Source: Methanomassiliicoccaceae archaeon (lineage in GTDB: Archaea > Thermoplasmatota > Thermoplasmata > Methanomassiliicoccales > Methanomassiliicoccaceae). From it: DNA of 64,000 bases. The position numbers and the translations under genes were made by a program. The stretch is taken from contig CAVSJV010000013.1 in assembly GCA_963728405.1 (NCBI GenBank), forward strand, positions 32,001-96,000, read 5' to 3'. The notes beneath the pieces are model-generated. The model searched no databases and was not told the origin of the DNA. It saw only the letters and a program-made list of their open reading frames with translations. This document shows, piece after piece, positions 52,468 through 62,554 of the stretch (position 1 is its first letter; each line of letters opens with the position of its first letter).

Positions 52468-53194
52468 GCCCATGGCCTTCCACCCGAACGGTCCAGGGAC
52501 CTCTACCGAGGAACGGAAGGTGATGCGAGGACGGCATCTCGAATGGTACTGGCCACTGGTCCATAATCAGACAGTGCTGGGAAGTTTGTTCACGCTCATA
52601 CATTTGCCCTTCATGCTCGCCTTCTTAGGCATGGTGGTCGTGGGCACATTCACCCTGGGGGTTCTCAACTGGACGGTGCTTCTCCTTTCTTTAGGTGCTG
52701 TCGGCCTCACTCTATATGGTGAACATATGCTGGACGATACCGGCAGGGTGGGCAAGCCCTGGGACACCGTATTCAGCGATCGAACTCTTGGGGCCATGGC
52801 CATTATTGCCTTCATCGGAGCATTTGCCTTGGGAGTCTACGGTTCTCTCTATCTGGCCTCCCCGATCCCGGCCATCGGTGTGCTTATCGGAATAGCGTTC
52901 TCCATTGTGTACAGTCTAGAATTCTGGCGATTCCATTCGATCGCCTTCGGCGGATTCGGATTGGGGGCGGTGGCACCCTTTTCCTACATCGCTCAGACAA
53001 TTTCTTTGGGCTCTTCGTTCGACCTTCTGCTCGCTGGGCTTCTTCTCCTCTTCGGTTTTACTGTTGGATCAGTCCTGTTGGCCCTGTACGAGAATACCAA
53101 GACCGACAACTACGTTCAGGCCTGGAAGCTGCTTGGTTTGCAATTCCTAATGATCTACTCTCTAGCCATCCTTGCGCTCATTAAAGCAGGCTAA
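52451..53194 (+). CDS. Polytopic membrane protein, possibly UbiA superfamily
   Basis: About 7 TM helices; loop motif GEHMLDDTGRVGKPW; overlaps the upstream gene. Confidence 0.7.
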   Translation: MPCKDEPMAFHPNGPGTSTEERKVMRGRHLEWYWPLVHNQTVLGSLFTLIHLPFMLAFLGMVVVGTFTLGVLNWTVLLLSLGAVGLTLYGEHMLDDTGRVGKPWDTVFSDRTLGAMAIIAFIGAFALGVYGSLYLASPIPAIGVLIGIAFSIVYSLEFWRFHSIAFGGFGLGAVAPFSYIAQTISLGSSFDLLLAGLLLLFGFTVGSVLLALYENTKTDNYVQAWKLLGLQFLMIYSLAILALIKAG

Positions 53195-53298
53195 TAAAAA
53201 ATGGATCATGATATGGCCGAACGGAAGGATCGTCCCATCGGTGTTCCTACACAATATTAATACTCCTGTAGTACCCAGGGAGATAAGGTGGCTTACTT

Positions 53299-54240
53299 TT
53301 GGACCCGCGCTCCCTCTTCGAGTTCGCCCGGATTAAGCCATTGGCCGCTTGGAGCTTGAGCGGAGCACTCCTCGGCACCGGACTAGCTATCTATCTTTCG
53401 AGCGGCCAGCTGCTCGCCCCTTTATCGATGGCCCTCGCCATCGGATGCGTCGTCATCATGCAATATGTGGCTCATCCTATGAACGACATCATGGACTATG
53501 AGCTTGATCGACAGGCTCCTATCGGCGCTACTGGTAGGTTCAAACCCATCGTGGATGGGGAGATATCGATCAAGGAGGCAAGGCACCTAAGTTTGTTACT
53601 GGTCACGGTCGTTCTGGTGATGATGTCCTACCTGATCGTGCTCCAACCCGTTCTGGTCCTTCCGGCGGCCTATGGGATGGTGGCGCTCATCGGTTACAAC
53701 CACTCGTCGTTGCGGTGGGCATACAAACCCTTCACCGAGCTGTATCTGAGCATGCCCATCAATGCCATCTCCGTCCTGGTCATCTCGTTCATCGGCTCCG
53801 GTCAAATAAGCGGGGTCTCCATCATCATCAGCCTAGCCTTCGGCTTCGCATCCAGTTCGTTCTTTGTCAGCATGATGAGCATGGATTTCCCCATCGATCG
53901 GACTAATGGAAAAAGGACCACCGTGGTCACCTTCCCGCGACTGAGGTGGTGCACCTATTATCCTATGATCGGCCTGGCGGTCGCTCTCTTGGGCTCTCCG
54001 CTACTAATGGCGACGGGGGGACCGGCCTTCACCACTGTGTTCGTTCTCATCTCCGTCGCCGTGTTCCTGGCACTGTCCTGGTATGGGGCCAGGGTGGACG
54101 CCTTACGGTTCCGATACCTCGAGGGTAGGGAAAAGGACCCTGAAGGTCGCTCCGGCTACATCCGCCTACGTCAGCTCTACCTCTCCCTGGCCTATGCCAT
54201 CCTGCTGTCCGGGTTGTTCGTTCTTTTCAGGGGTGCATGA
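53299..54240 (+). CDS. UbiA family (MenA-like) prenyltransferase
   Basis: NDIMDYELD, second motif MDFPIDRTNGKRT, and multiple TM helices. Confidence 0.88.
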   Translation: MDPRSLFEFARIKPLAAWSLSGALLGTGLAIYLSSGQLLAPLSMALAIGCVVIMQYVAHPMNDIMDYELDRQAPIGATGRFKPIVDGEISIKEARHLSLLLVTVVLVMMSYLIVLQPVLVLPAAYGMVALIGYNHSSLRWAYKPFTELYLSMPINAISVLVISFIGSGQISGVSIIISLAFGFASSSFFVSMMSMDFPIDRTNGKRTTVVTFPRLRWCTYYPMIGLAVALLGSPLLMATGGPAFTTVFVLISVAVFLALSWYGARVDALRFRYLEGREKDPEGRSGYIRLRQLYLSLAYAILLSGLFVLFRGA

Positions 54241-55226
54241 TGGTCTCAAGGATCCAGGACGAGGTCACCGCCCTCCAAGATATCGGGGCCAATGGCCATT
54301 TCTACCGATACCTCGACAGGGTCCGGCCGGAGGTGAACGCCCGAATTAAGGCACACCTCACGACCTATTCCCGATCAGGCATGGCTCGAGAGGAGGTCCT
54401 TAGGCTCTTTTCTCAAGGAAAAAGGCTGAGGGCCGGGCTGGCGATCCTTACATACGATCTTTTCGCCGATCGTTACGATCGCCGCGACGCGGTCCTTGAC
54501 ATGGCTGCGGCCATTGAGATCGCCCACTCGGCCAGCCTGATCCTCGACGATATGTTGGACGGGGATGAGGAACGACGAGGCCAGCGCAGCCTTCACCTCA
54601 CCAACGGGAGGAAGAAAGCGCTCCTCGAGATGGTGGGCAGTTTATCCATCCCCTATGCCATCGCCGCCCGGCACGGACCAGTCTTCGTCGCGGAGCTTGC
54701 CCAGACCCACCGGGCCATGGTTGATGGGGCTTTGATGGAGATCCAGGAAGCGGAGCAGTCCTCATCCTATGGGGTCTATGAGCGCATCATCACCGAGAAG
54801 ACGGCAGAACTGTTCTCCCTGGCCGCCCGCCATGGAGCAACGATGGCGGGCGAAGAAGAAGACCTCATCGACACGATCGCCCAGTTCGGCCTCGAGGTGG
54901 GCAGGGTGATGCAGCTGGCCGATGATATCGCAGACCTGAGACGGCCGGAAGAAGACATTTCCGAGAACGGTTCGGAAAAAATCCTTTACCGATATGTGCA
55001 TGGACTGACCCAGGAGCGGCTCGGAACGGACCGACCTGAACGTGATACCGCCGATCAGGAGATGGACCGGTACCTGGCCATGGTGGAGGATAGGGTCCAC
55101 TCCGCCCGCGCTCTGGTTCAACCGTACCTTAAAAGACCATCATTGACCCTAGAGAGAGGGGCGCTAGTACGCTGTCTTCTCGATGCCCCATGGGAGATCG
55201 CGGACATGATGTTACGGGGCCTTTGA
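54237..55226 (+). CDS. Trans-isoprenyl diphosphate (polyprenyl) synthase
   Basis: GKRLR, FARM EIAHSASLILDDMLDGDEERRG, KTAELF, SARM QLADDIAD. Confidence 0.9.
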   Translation: MMVSRIQDEVTALQDIGANGHFYRYLDRVRPEVNARIKAHLTTYSRSGMAREEVLRLFSQGKRLRAGLAILTYDLFADRYDRRDAVLDMAAAIEIAHSASLILDDMLDGDEERRGQRSLHLTNGRKKALLEMVGSLSIPYAIAARHGPVFVAELAQTHRAMVDGALMEIQEAEQSSSYGVYERIITEKTAELFSLAARHGATMAGEEEDLIDTIAQFGLEVGRVMQLADDIADLRRPEEDISENGSEKILYRYVHGLTQERLGTDRPERDTADQEMDRYLAMVEDRVHSARALVQPYLKRPSLTLERGALVRCLLDAPWEIADMMLRGL

Positions 55227-55298
55227 CCCCCTGCTCCCGACACTTTCGGGCAGCTCTTGAAAAGACCTAAATAGGCCTGTGCTGGTGCGAAACAGGAC

Positions 55299-56595
55299 AT
55301 GTTCGAACAGGCCCCAGGCTCCTTCGACACCAATGTGCGCTCGTTGTCATCAGCGGGAGCGCTCCAGGTACCGGCGGGGTCACCCTGCGTCATTTGCAAA
55401 GGGTCACGGAACCTGTGTGGGAAGGACCGCTGCCCACTGATGATAAAGTTCTACTCTCATTCCCGTACCAAGACTCTCATCGACTCGCTGGACCTGGCGG
55501 GGATGTCTCCCCCAGGCATCTTTGTCGGCCGGTATGGTTATCCGAAGGTCGACGTCGGACCCCTGGTCCCTCCGATGATGGGCGACACATCGATAATGGA
55601 CACGCCTGAGCGGTGGGTGGGTAAGTCGATCGACGAGATCGTGGATTTCCGATTCAACCTGGTCCGAGGAAAGCATCGCATCGATGCTACCGACTTCGAT
55701 AAGTTCGGCCGCATCGTTGATTACACCAGAGACCTGGCCTTATCCACCAATCCCCTGGAGGTGGAGGCAAAATTCCAGAAGAAGCCGTCTGGCCGCCTGG
55801 TCCTGGACGATGAGGTCCAGCCCTTTGGTCCGTCTGCTCGTCTGAAGGATATGACCATCGGGAATCCCCGTTATGATCAAAGGGTCGAGAAGGCGTTCTA
55901 CGACACTGACCTAAAAGCGACCGAAGCCGTGAAAGGGCTTTACCGGAACGGTGTGCTGATATCAAAGATCCAGAAGGCTTTCTCTGTCGGAGCGTTCGGC
56001 ATAAACAAGAACCGTCGTTTCGTGCCCACCCGATGGTCCATCACCGCGGTCGACGATATCCTGGGCAAGGACCTGCTGAAGGTGACCAAGCGGAACCCGC
56101 TCATCGAGGACTGGCGCGTCTACAGCTGGGAGATGCTGGACAACCGTTGGAACATCCTCCTAATGCCCACCACCTGGAAGTACGAGCTGATCGAGGCGTG
56201 GTACCCCAATACGACCTGGAATCCCATGGGGCAGGGCATTGAGATCATCAGCTCGCATGAGTTCTACGAGGGGCGTAAGGAGTACGCGGAGATCGGGGGA
56301 TGCTATTACGCGGCCAGGCTGGCGGTGAATGAACTGCTGACCGCCGAGCGACGCCAGGCCGGGGCGGTCATCTTCCGGGAGGCGCACCCTGGTTACGTCA
56401 TGCCGGTGGGAGTTTGGAACTGTCCGTGAGAACGTCAGAGCGGCATTGAAGACCGTTCCCCGGCGTTTCGAATGCCTGAACCAGGCATTGCAGCACGTCA
56501 CCTCCCACATGGATATCCCGCTGGAGACGTGGATCAGGAACTCTGGGGTACTGATGGATATGTTCACCCAGCGGAGGTTGGATGACTATGTCTGA
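55299..56595 (+). CDS. nreA: Nre family DNA repair protein, frameshift near 56421
   Basis: CVICKG...LCG...CP, SPP..FVGR.GYP, VPTRWSITAVD, GGCYYAARL, GVW.VRE and C-terminal PIP-like QRRLDDYV*. Confidence 0.9.
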
Positions 56596-57424
56596 TCTGG
56601 ATGCCTTCCTGACCGATGAAGGATGTAAGATCAAGGTCATCAGGAAGGAATGTTCCAGTGCGCTATCCTCTTCCAATCTGCCAGGTCTCGACCTTGCCCT
56701 TAATCCCTACACCCGGTGCGGACACGGCTGCGTCTATTGTTACGCCCCCTATGTCATGAGGACGACCCCGGACGAGTGGTCAAAGAATATCATGGCCAAG
56801 GTGAACATCCCTCAGCTGCTGGCCAAGGAGCTTCTGCGGAAGAAGGGCGTGATCGGCCTGGGTACGGTCACCGATCCTTACCAACCGGTAGAGAAAGAGC
56901 TTAGGATCACTCGCAAATGCCTGGAAGTGATGACAAAGGTCAACTGCCAGGTCTCCATCCTCACCAAGTCCGATCTGGTCACCAGGGACATCGACCTGCT
57001 GAAACATATCAAAAAAGTGGAGGTTGGCCTTAGCATCAACACGATTTCGGATGATGCCGCCTCCATCTTCGAACCTTGCGCACCGCCTCCGTCCGTGAGG
57101 CTGGCGGCCGTGCAGGAACTGACCTCGGCCGGCATCAACGCGTATGTATTCCTAGGACCGATCATACCGACGATAACCGACCAAGATCTGCGAGGATTAA
57201 TTGAGGCGATCCGCGCTTCCGGAGTAGGCCGCATCATGGTGGACCGGCTCAACCTTCGACCAGGAATGCGCTCAAGAATGGAGGAGACCATGTTTCGGAA
57301 GGCTCCAGATATGCTGCCCGACTTCCAGGAGAATGTGGCCTCGAGCGAGTATTATGACAAGATAATAAGCTCGATAAGTAGAGTCTGTACCGACTCAGAT
57401 ATAATGTGCCAGAACGCTTTCTGA
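56582..57424 (+). CDS. Radical SAM protein, spore photoproduct lyase-like family
   Basis: [39 protein letters not shown]. Confidence 0.88.
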   Translation: MTMSDLDAFLTDEGCKIKVIRKECSSALSSSNLPGLDLALNPYTRCGHGCVYCYAPYVMRTTPDEWSKNIMAKVNIPQLLAKELLRKKGVIGLGTVTDPYQPVEKELRITRKCLEVMTKVNCQVSILTKSDLVTRDIDLLKHIKKVEVGLSINTISDDAASIFEPCAPPPSVRLAAVQELTSAGINAYVFLGPIIPTITDQDLRGLIEAIRASGVGRIMVDRLNLRPGMRSRMEETMFRKAPDMLPDFQENVASSEYYDKIISSISRVCTDSDIMCQNAF

Positions 57425-57575
57425 GCTATGGGGGGAGTAGGGTCGCGGCGAAGGGCAGATACCTTCGCCCTCGAAGCGTGCCACTGTCGCCCATTCGCCT
57501 CTCGCTAGGGAGGGGAAAACAGATACTCTTATATAGAAGCGATAAAATATCGGACCCAACGAAAGGAGGATAACT

Positions 57576-59237
57576 ATGGCATATTCCCTAGGACAAAGCC
57601 AGCCTATCATCGTGCTGAGAGAAGGCACAGAGCGCACCAAGAACAAGGACGCGCAGGCGAACAACATTGCAGCTGCCCGTGCCATCGCTGACGCGGTCCG
57701 CTCCACTTTGGGACCGAAGGGCATGGACAAGATGCTCGTCGATTCCATCGGCGATGTAGTGATCACCAATGACGGTGTCACCATACTGAAGACCATCGAT
57801 GTCCAGCACCCCGCGGCCAAGATGGTCGTCGAGGTCGCTAAGACCCAGGACTCCGAGTGCGGCGACGGCACCACCACCTCTGTGGTCGTGGCTGGCGAAC
57901 TGCTCAAGAAGGCCGAGGACCTCATCGACAAGAACGTTCACCCCACCATCATCGCCAACGGGTACAAGCTCGCGGCGGCCGAGGCTATCAAGATCCTCAA
58001 CGTCATCGCCGTGGATGTCAAGGGCGATGAGATCCTGAGAAAGGTCGCCATGACCGCCATGACCGGTAAGTCCGTCGGCGGCCAGAGGGACTACCTTGCT
58101 GATCTCTCTGTAAAGGCGATCAAGTCTGTTTCCGAGAAGCAGAACGGCAAGAACAAAGTGGATGTGGAGAACATTAAGGTAGAGAAGAAGACGGGCGGCT
58201 CTGTGGCTGATACCGAGCTCATCAACGGCCTGGTCGTTGACAAGGAGAAGGTCCACCCCCGCATGCCCAAGGCCGTCAAGAACGCCAAGATCGCCATCTT
58301 ATCTGCCGCCCTCGAGATCAAGAAGACTGAGGTAGAGGCAAAGATCCAGATCCGTGACCCGGCCTCCATGCAGCGCTTCCTTGACGAAGAAGAGAACCAG
58401 CTGAAGGGCATGGTCGACAAGATCAAGGCTGCCGGAGCGAACGTCGTGTTCTGCCAGAAGGGCATGGATGACCTGGTCCAGCATTATCTGGCCAAGGCCG
58501 GCATCTACGCCTGCAGGAGGCTCAAGGAGTCGGACATGGAGAAGTTGGCCAAGGCCACCGGCGGCAATGTCGTCGGCAACCTGGATTCCATAAACAAGTC
58601 TGACCTTGGGATCGCTGAGATGGTCGAGGAGAAGAAGATCGGTGAGGAGGATATGACCTTCGTCACCGGCTGCAAGAACCCCAAGGCCATCAGCATCATC
58701 ATCCGCGGCGGTACCGAGCACGTCATCGACGAGGTCGAGCGTGCGCTGCACGACGCCCTCAGGGTAGTCGGAGTCGCTCTGGAAGACGGCAAGGTCGTCG
58801 CCGGCGGCGGAGCTCCCGAGATCGAGCTCGCTCTCAGGCTGGCCGACTATGCCTCGACCGTAGGTGGACGCGAGCAGCTGGCCATCGAGGCCTTCGCCGA
58901 GGCCATGGAAGTAATCCCCTGGGCCCTCGCCGAGAACGCTGGTCTGGACCCCATCGACCTGGTCATCAAGCTGAAGACCGCCCATGAGGGTAAGAAGAAC
59001 GCCGTATACATGGGCATAAACCTTGAGACTGGTGAGCCGGCCAACATGCTGGACGCCAATGTCATCGAGCCCCTGAGGGTAAAGACCCAGGTCATCGAGT
59101 CCGCGACCGAGGTCGCCGGAATGATCCTGAGGATCGACGATGTCATTGCCTCCAAGAAGGGACCCGGCGCGGGCGGACCGGGCGGAATGCCTGGCGGTAT
59201 GCCTCCCGGAATGGGCGGAATGCCCGGCATGATGTAA
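57576..59237 (+). CDS. Thermosome subunit (group II chaperonin)
   Basis: [31 protein letters not shown] and a GGM-rich tail. Confidence 0.97.
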   Translation: MAYSLGQSQPIIVLREGTERTKNKDAQANNIAAARAIADAVRSTLGPKGMDKMLVDSIGDVVITNDGVTILKTIDVQHPAAKMVVEVAKTQDSECGDGTTTSVVVAGELLKKAEDLIDKNVHPTIIANGYKLAAAEAIKILNVIAVDVKGDEILRKVAMTAMTGKSVGGQRDYLADLSVKAIKSVSEKQNGKNKVDVENIKVEKKTGGSVADTELINGLVVDKEKVHPRMPKAVKNAKIAILSAALEIKKTEVEAKIQIRDPASMQRFLDEEENQLKGMVDKIKAAGANVVFCQKGMDDLVQHYLAKAGIYACRRLKESDMEKLAKATGGNVVGNLDSINKSDLGIAEMVEEKKIGEEDMTFVTGCKNPKAISIIIRGGTEHVIDEVERALHDALRVVGVALEDGKVVAGGGAPEIELALRLADYASTVGGREQLAIEAFAEAMEVIPWALAENAGLDPIDLVIKLKTAHEGKKNAVYMGINLETGEPANMLDANVIEPLRVKTQVIESATEVAGMILRIDDVIASKKGPGAGGPGGMPGGMPPGMGGMPGMM

Positions 59238-59252
59238 TTCGGGGTCAAGGTA

Positions 59253-59291
59253 TCCTCCTTTCCCAAACCACTTCCTTTTCACATTTTTCTC
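59253..59291 (+). terminator. Pyrimidine-rich terminator after the thermosome gene
   Basis: TCCTCCTTTCCCAAACCACTTCCTTTTCACATTTTTCT. Confidence 0.5.
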
Positions 59292-59387
59292 ATACCTCGT
59301 TAACATGGTGCCAGCTTCGGTGAAAAACGACGGTACTTACAAATAGCGAACATCATGTTCTCCGCAATAATTTGCATTAGGAGGGAT

Positions 59388-60755
59388 ATGATGAGCAAGA
59401 TTACATCTGCAGCCGCGGTGATGATCATGGGCATGTTCATGGTCGGCATCTTTGCCGCTCCGGTGAATGCGTTGATCGCCACTGCCCCTACGTGGGAGGT
59501 AGACGATCCTTGGGCCATGGGAAAAGAGGTCGACCTGGGGGCCGATCTGACCGACTATATCGACAATAACAGCGACCTGAACGACCTGTTAATGTATTCT
59601 AATATGACCATTGACGATCTCAACATCGACAGCATGGCCAGCGCCTATGTCATTTTCACTGTGGTCAGCGAGACGGACACCACTTACACCCTGACGGCCA
59701 AGATGGCGGTCAAGCTCGCTACTCAGGCCAATATGAAGATCACCGGCATGCTGCCGGCGGCAGGAACCTATGATGCGGACCAGAACCTATGGTTTGGATC
59801 AGATGTTCCCAAGGAGACCAAGATCATCAGTGCAGAACTCACCGAGAAGCTCGGCATTGTGATCGGAGCCACGGCCATAGTCGACAAATCGAGCTACGCG
59901 GTTAATAAGATAGATTGGACCCTGAAGTGCGCGATGGTGCTGGAAGCCAAAGCCAAGAACATACCTCAGATAAACTCCACCGAGAACCAACAGATCGTCA
60001 GCTATAAGGATTATGATCTTGGAATGAGCCTGGTGGCCGGGGCCAACCTGTCCATGTTGTTCACCCCTGCTCTGGACCTCTATCAGTTCCCGTTCTCTAC
60101 TAATGATGCCTGGTACACCAACAACAGCATGGTGACCGTCACTGGAGATATCAGCGGGTCCTTCAACGCTCACGGGTTGACCGCCGAGCAGGAGGAGCAG
60201 ATATTCACCGGTGATCTGAAGAACGCCACGGGTTCGACGAAGTTCCCGATCGAGTTTGATCACCTCACCTCGCCGGACGGCGAGATCACCGATGGCAACT
60301 TCGGCCCCTATTATGGCAATATCACTACCATGGAAATGGAATGCCTTAGTGGGGACAACGAGACCATCAATGGAGTGGATTTAGATGTATTCAACATCCA
60401 GATAGATGGTGGAGCTCAGATGTTATACGCATCCGGTTTCAAGGTTCTTGGCCTGTCGGCAAACATCGATAGTCTACCCATGGACCTACCCTCTGAGGTC
60501 AGCTCCATAATGGCGATGATGGGCAACCAGGACATAGCAATGGACCCCGTCCCCGTGGATACCGCCACCGCCAAAATCGCTTCGATCGAGACCTACACCG
60601 ATAGCGTCGCGTCTCAGGCCGGAGCTAATGGAGCTAGCAGCAGCCTAGCTGACTTCTTCCTGAAGGCCCCCTTTACGGGCATCATTATGGCGGTCCTTGC
60701 AGCGGTCATCATAACGGCCCTGTTGGCGATAGGGCTGAAGTCACGGAAGCACTGA
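59388..60755 (+). CDS. Exported, C-terminally anchored hypothetical (surface) protein
   Basis: Signal peptide, APTWEVDDPWAMG, acidic Thr/Asn-rich body, C-terminal TM helix and basic tail; GGAGG upstream. Confidence 0.8.
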   Translation: MMSKITSAAAVMIMGMFMVGIFAAPVNALIATAPTWEVDDPWAMGKEVDLGADLTDYIDNNSDLNDLLMYSNMTIDDLNIDSMASAYVIFTVVSETDTTYTLTAKMAVKLATQANMKITGMLPAAGTYDADQNLWFGSDVPKETKIISAELTEKLGIVIGATAIVDKSSYAVNKIDWTLKCAMVLEAKAKNIPQINSTENQQIVSYKDYDLGMSLVAGANLSMLFTPALDLYQFPFSTNDAWYTNNSMVTVTGDISGSFNAHGLTAEQEEQIFTGDLKNATGSTKFPIEFDHLTSPDGEITDGNFGPYYGNITTMEMECLSGDNETINGVDLDVFNIQIDGGAQMLYASGFKVLGLSANIDSLPMDLPSEVSSIMAMMGNQDIAMDPVPVDTATAKIASIETYTDSVASQAGANGASSSLADFFLKAPFTGIIMAVLAAVIITALLAIGLKSRKH

Positions 60756-60760
60756 TCTTC

Positions 60761-60780
60761 AAACCTTTTTTCTTTTTTTT
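60761..60780 (+). terminator. Oligo-T terminator
   Basis: AAACCTTTTTTCTTTTTTTT directly after the stop codon. Confidence 0.7.
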
Positions 60781-61099
60781 ATAATAATCAACGATCGGAT
60801 TATCTTGAAAAATGATTGATCCTATCACAAGATCTAGCGGATAGTTTTGGAGGAGCCCGAAGGTCATTTTCGAAAATTCTTACAAAAAAGTATCATCATC
60901 TGTGCCATTGAACAGAAATTTCACTTACATTTGCTGGCAACGAATGAGCTCTCGATCCATTATGTAATTTCATTAATGCATATATAATTACAAAGATAAT
61001 TGTAAATTTACATGAGCCAGTAGAAAATGGAGAAAAAATATATTCCTACTTATCGTATAAGTAATAAATAAAAATATGATAAAGAGAGAAGCTTTACTA
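60780..61099. other. Strongly AT-rich non-coding region with clustered palindromes
   Basis: TTACAA-N6-TTGTAA (60988-61005), TGTAAATTTACA (61001-61012), TACTTAT-CGT-ATAAGTA (61047-61063). Confidence 0.6.
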
Positions 61100-61516
61100 T
61101 TATTGCTTCTCTATTTTTCCTTTCTTCCCTTTTGAAATATCTAAACCATAGTCCGATTGTTTTGCATAACAATCAGTAAGGACTAATTGTGTGCCTATCT
61201 TGACATCGAGCTTTTCGGGGAGCTCGATATCATCATCCCAGAGGGTCAAACGGCACGTACCGGTCTCATCCTCAACATCCAAGTTCCTGACCTTGCCCTG
61301 CCCACCGGTCCGCTTATTGAATGTCTTAGCTTCGTTTATCTTAGTGACCTTCACCACTGCAGAGGCCTCTTCCCGGTCTTTGAGATCGGCGATTTTCTTT
61401 GTTACCATATTAACTCCTCCTTTTTCCAGAACCAAGCGGCGTATGGTGGCGTCATCCACCAGCCCCCCGAACTCTTCACGGAGCCTAGCCATCTTTGATT
61501 CTAGACTTTCATTCAT
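61100..61516 (-). CDS. Single OB-fold ssDNA-binding (RPA/SSB-like) protein
   Basis: EFGGLVDDAT N-terminal helix; KIADL...KTFNKRTGGQGKVRNLDVEDETGTCRLTLWD. Confidence 0.85.
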   Translation of the reverse strand: MNESLESKMARLREEFGGLVDDATIRRLVLEKGGVNMVTKKIADLKDREEASAVVKVTKINEAKTFNKRTGGQGKVRNLDVEDETGTCRLTLWDDDIELPEKLDVKIGTQLVLTDCYAKQSDYGLDISKGKKGKIEKQ

Positions 61517-61734
61517 TCAAGGAACTCATAAACTATGTGCCATTAAACTGTTGGTTATGTAATGCAGGGAAATATAATAGCAAGATACGTAAACAGCTAT
61601 ATATTATAAGTATATTACAATATTGTACCATAATGTACAACCAAGGTAACACTAAATTTTAACTCCTGGTGATGATTCGAGTATGGGATGCACTCGAGGG
61701 AACGTCACCTCGTCCACATTCGTAGTGTGTACAA

Positions 61735-62553
61735 ATGCGCGCCGCCATATATGCACGGGTTTCCACGGATGATCAGGCTAAAGAAGGCTTTAGCATACCG
61801 GCCCAGCTAAAGCGCCTTCAGGCGTATTGCAAGGCCAAAGGCTGGGATATCTGCTCTGAATATGTTGATGAGGGTTTTTCAGGCCGTGATACCAATAGGC
61901 CAGCATATCAAAGGATGATGGGCGAGAGAGAACGTTGGGATGTGATATTGGTGCTAAAGATGGACCGTATCCACCGTAACTCCAAGAACTTCACTCAAAT
62001 GATGGATGACCTGAACAGTTGGAAGAGGCAGTTCAATTCCATGCAGGAGAAATTCGATACCACCTCGGCGATGGGGAGGTTCGTGATGGACATTATCCAA
62101 CGTATTGCTCAGCTGGAATCGGAGCAGATCGGTGAACGGGTAAAGGTAGGCATGACTCAGAAGGCCAAAAGGGGCAGTGGCTACCTTGGCTCACCCGATC
62201 CCTATGGCTACGAGGTCGAGAACGGTCAACTAAAGATCATGGACAAGGAGGCCGGGGTTGTCCCGTCCATCTACCACGCCTATATGATGGGCTTCTCGCT
62301 CGATGAGATCGCAAGGAAGCTCAACGAGAGGGGCATCCCGGCGAAAAAAGGTGGCCCCTGGAGCAAGCAGATGATCAGTAAAGTTCTCCGAAATCCAATT
62401 TACTGTGGATATGTCCAGTGGGATGGTCATCTTATCAAACTGGATTACTTCACTCTGATATCTGCCGGAGGCTACAATCTGATCCAAGATCTTATGCAAG
62501 AACGGCGCCGCAACCGGTCAGGTAATCCTCATCGCCATCTGGAGGCCGTATAG
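61735..62553 (+). CDS. Serine recombinase (resolvase + recombinase domains), copy 1
   Basis: YARVSTDDQ, DEGFSG...RP, KMDRIHRN, PYGY, LNERGIP..KGG.WS, LRNPIYCG. Confidence 0.92.
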   Translation: MRAAIYARVSTDDQAKEGFSIPAQLKRLQAYCKAKGWDICSEYVDEGFSGRDTNRPAYQRMMGERERWDVILVLKMDRIHRNSKNFTQMMDDLNSWKRQFNSMQEKFDTTSAMGRFVMDIIQRIAQLESEQIGERVKVGMTQKAKRGSGYLGSPDPYGYEVENGQLKIMDKEAGVVPSIYHAYMMGFSLDEIARKLNERGIPAKKGGPWSKQMISKVLRNPIYCGYVQWDGHLIKLDYFTLISAGGYNLIQDLMQERRRNRSGNPHRHLEAV

Positions 62554-62554
62554 G

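Noticed and set aside
57588-59306. Long antisense ORFs opposite the thermosome (and similar ones opposite gltX, cysS and 23323-24826)
   Set aside because: Shadow ORFs produced by GC-rich codon bias on the coding strand.
60780-61099. Firm call of a replication origin
   Set aside because: No cdc6/orc1 in the window and no clear repeated ORB with a G-string. Mentioned only as an alternative hypothesis.
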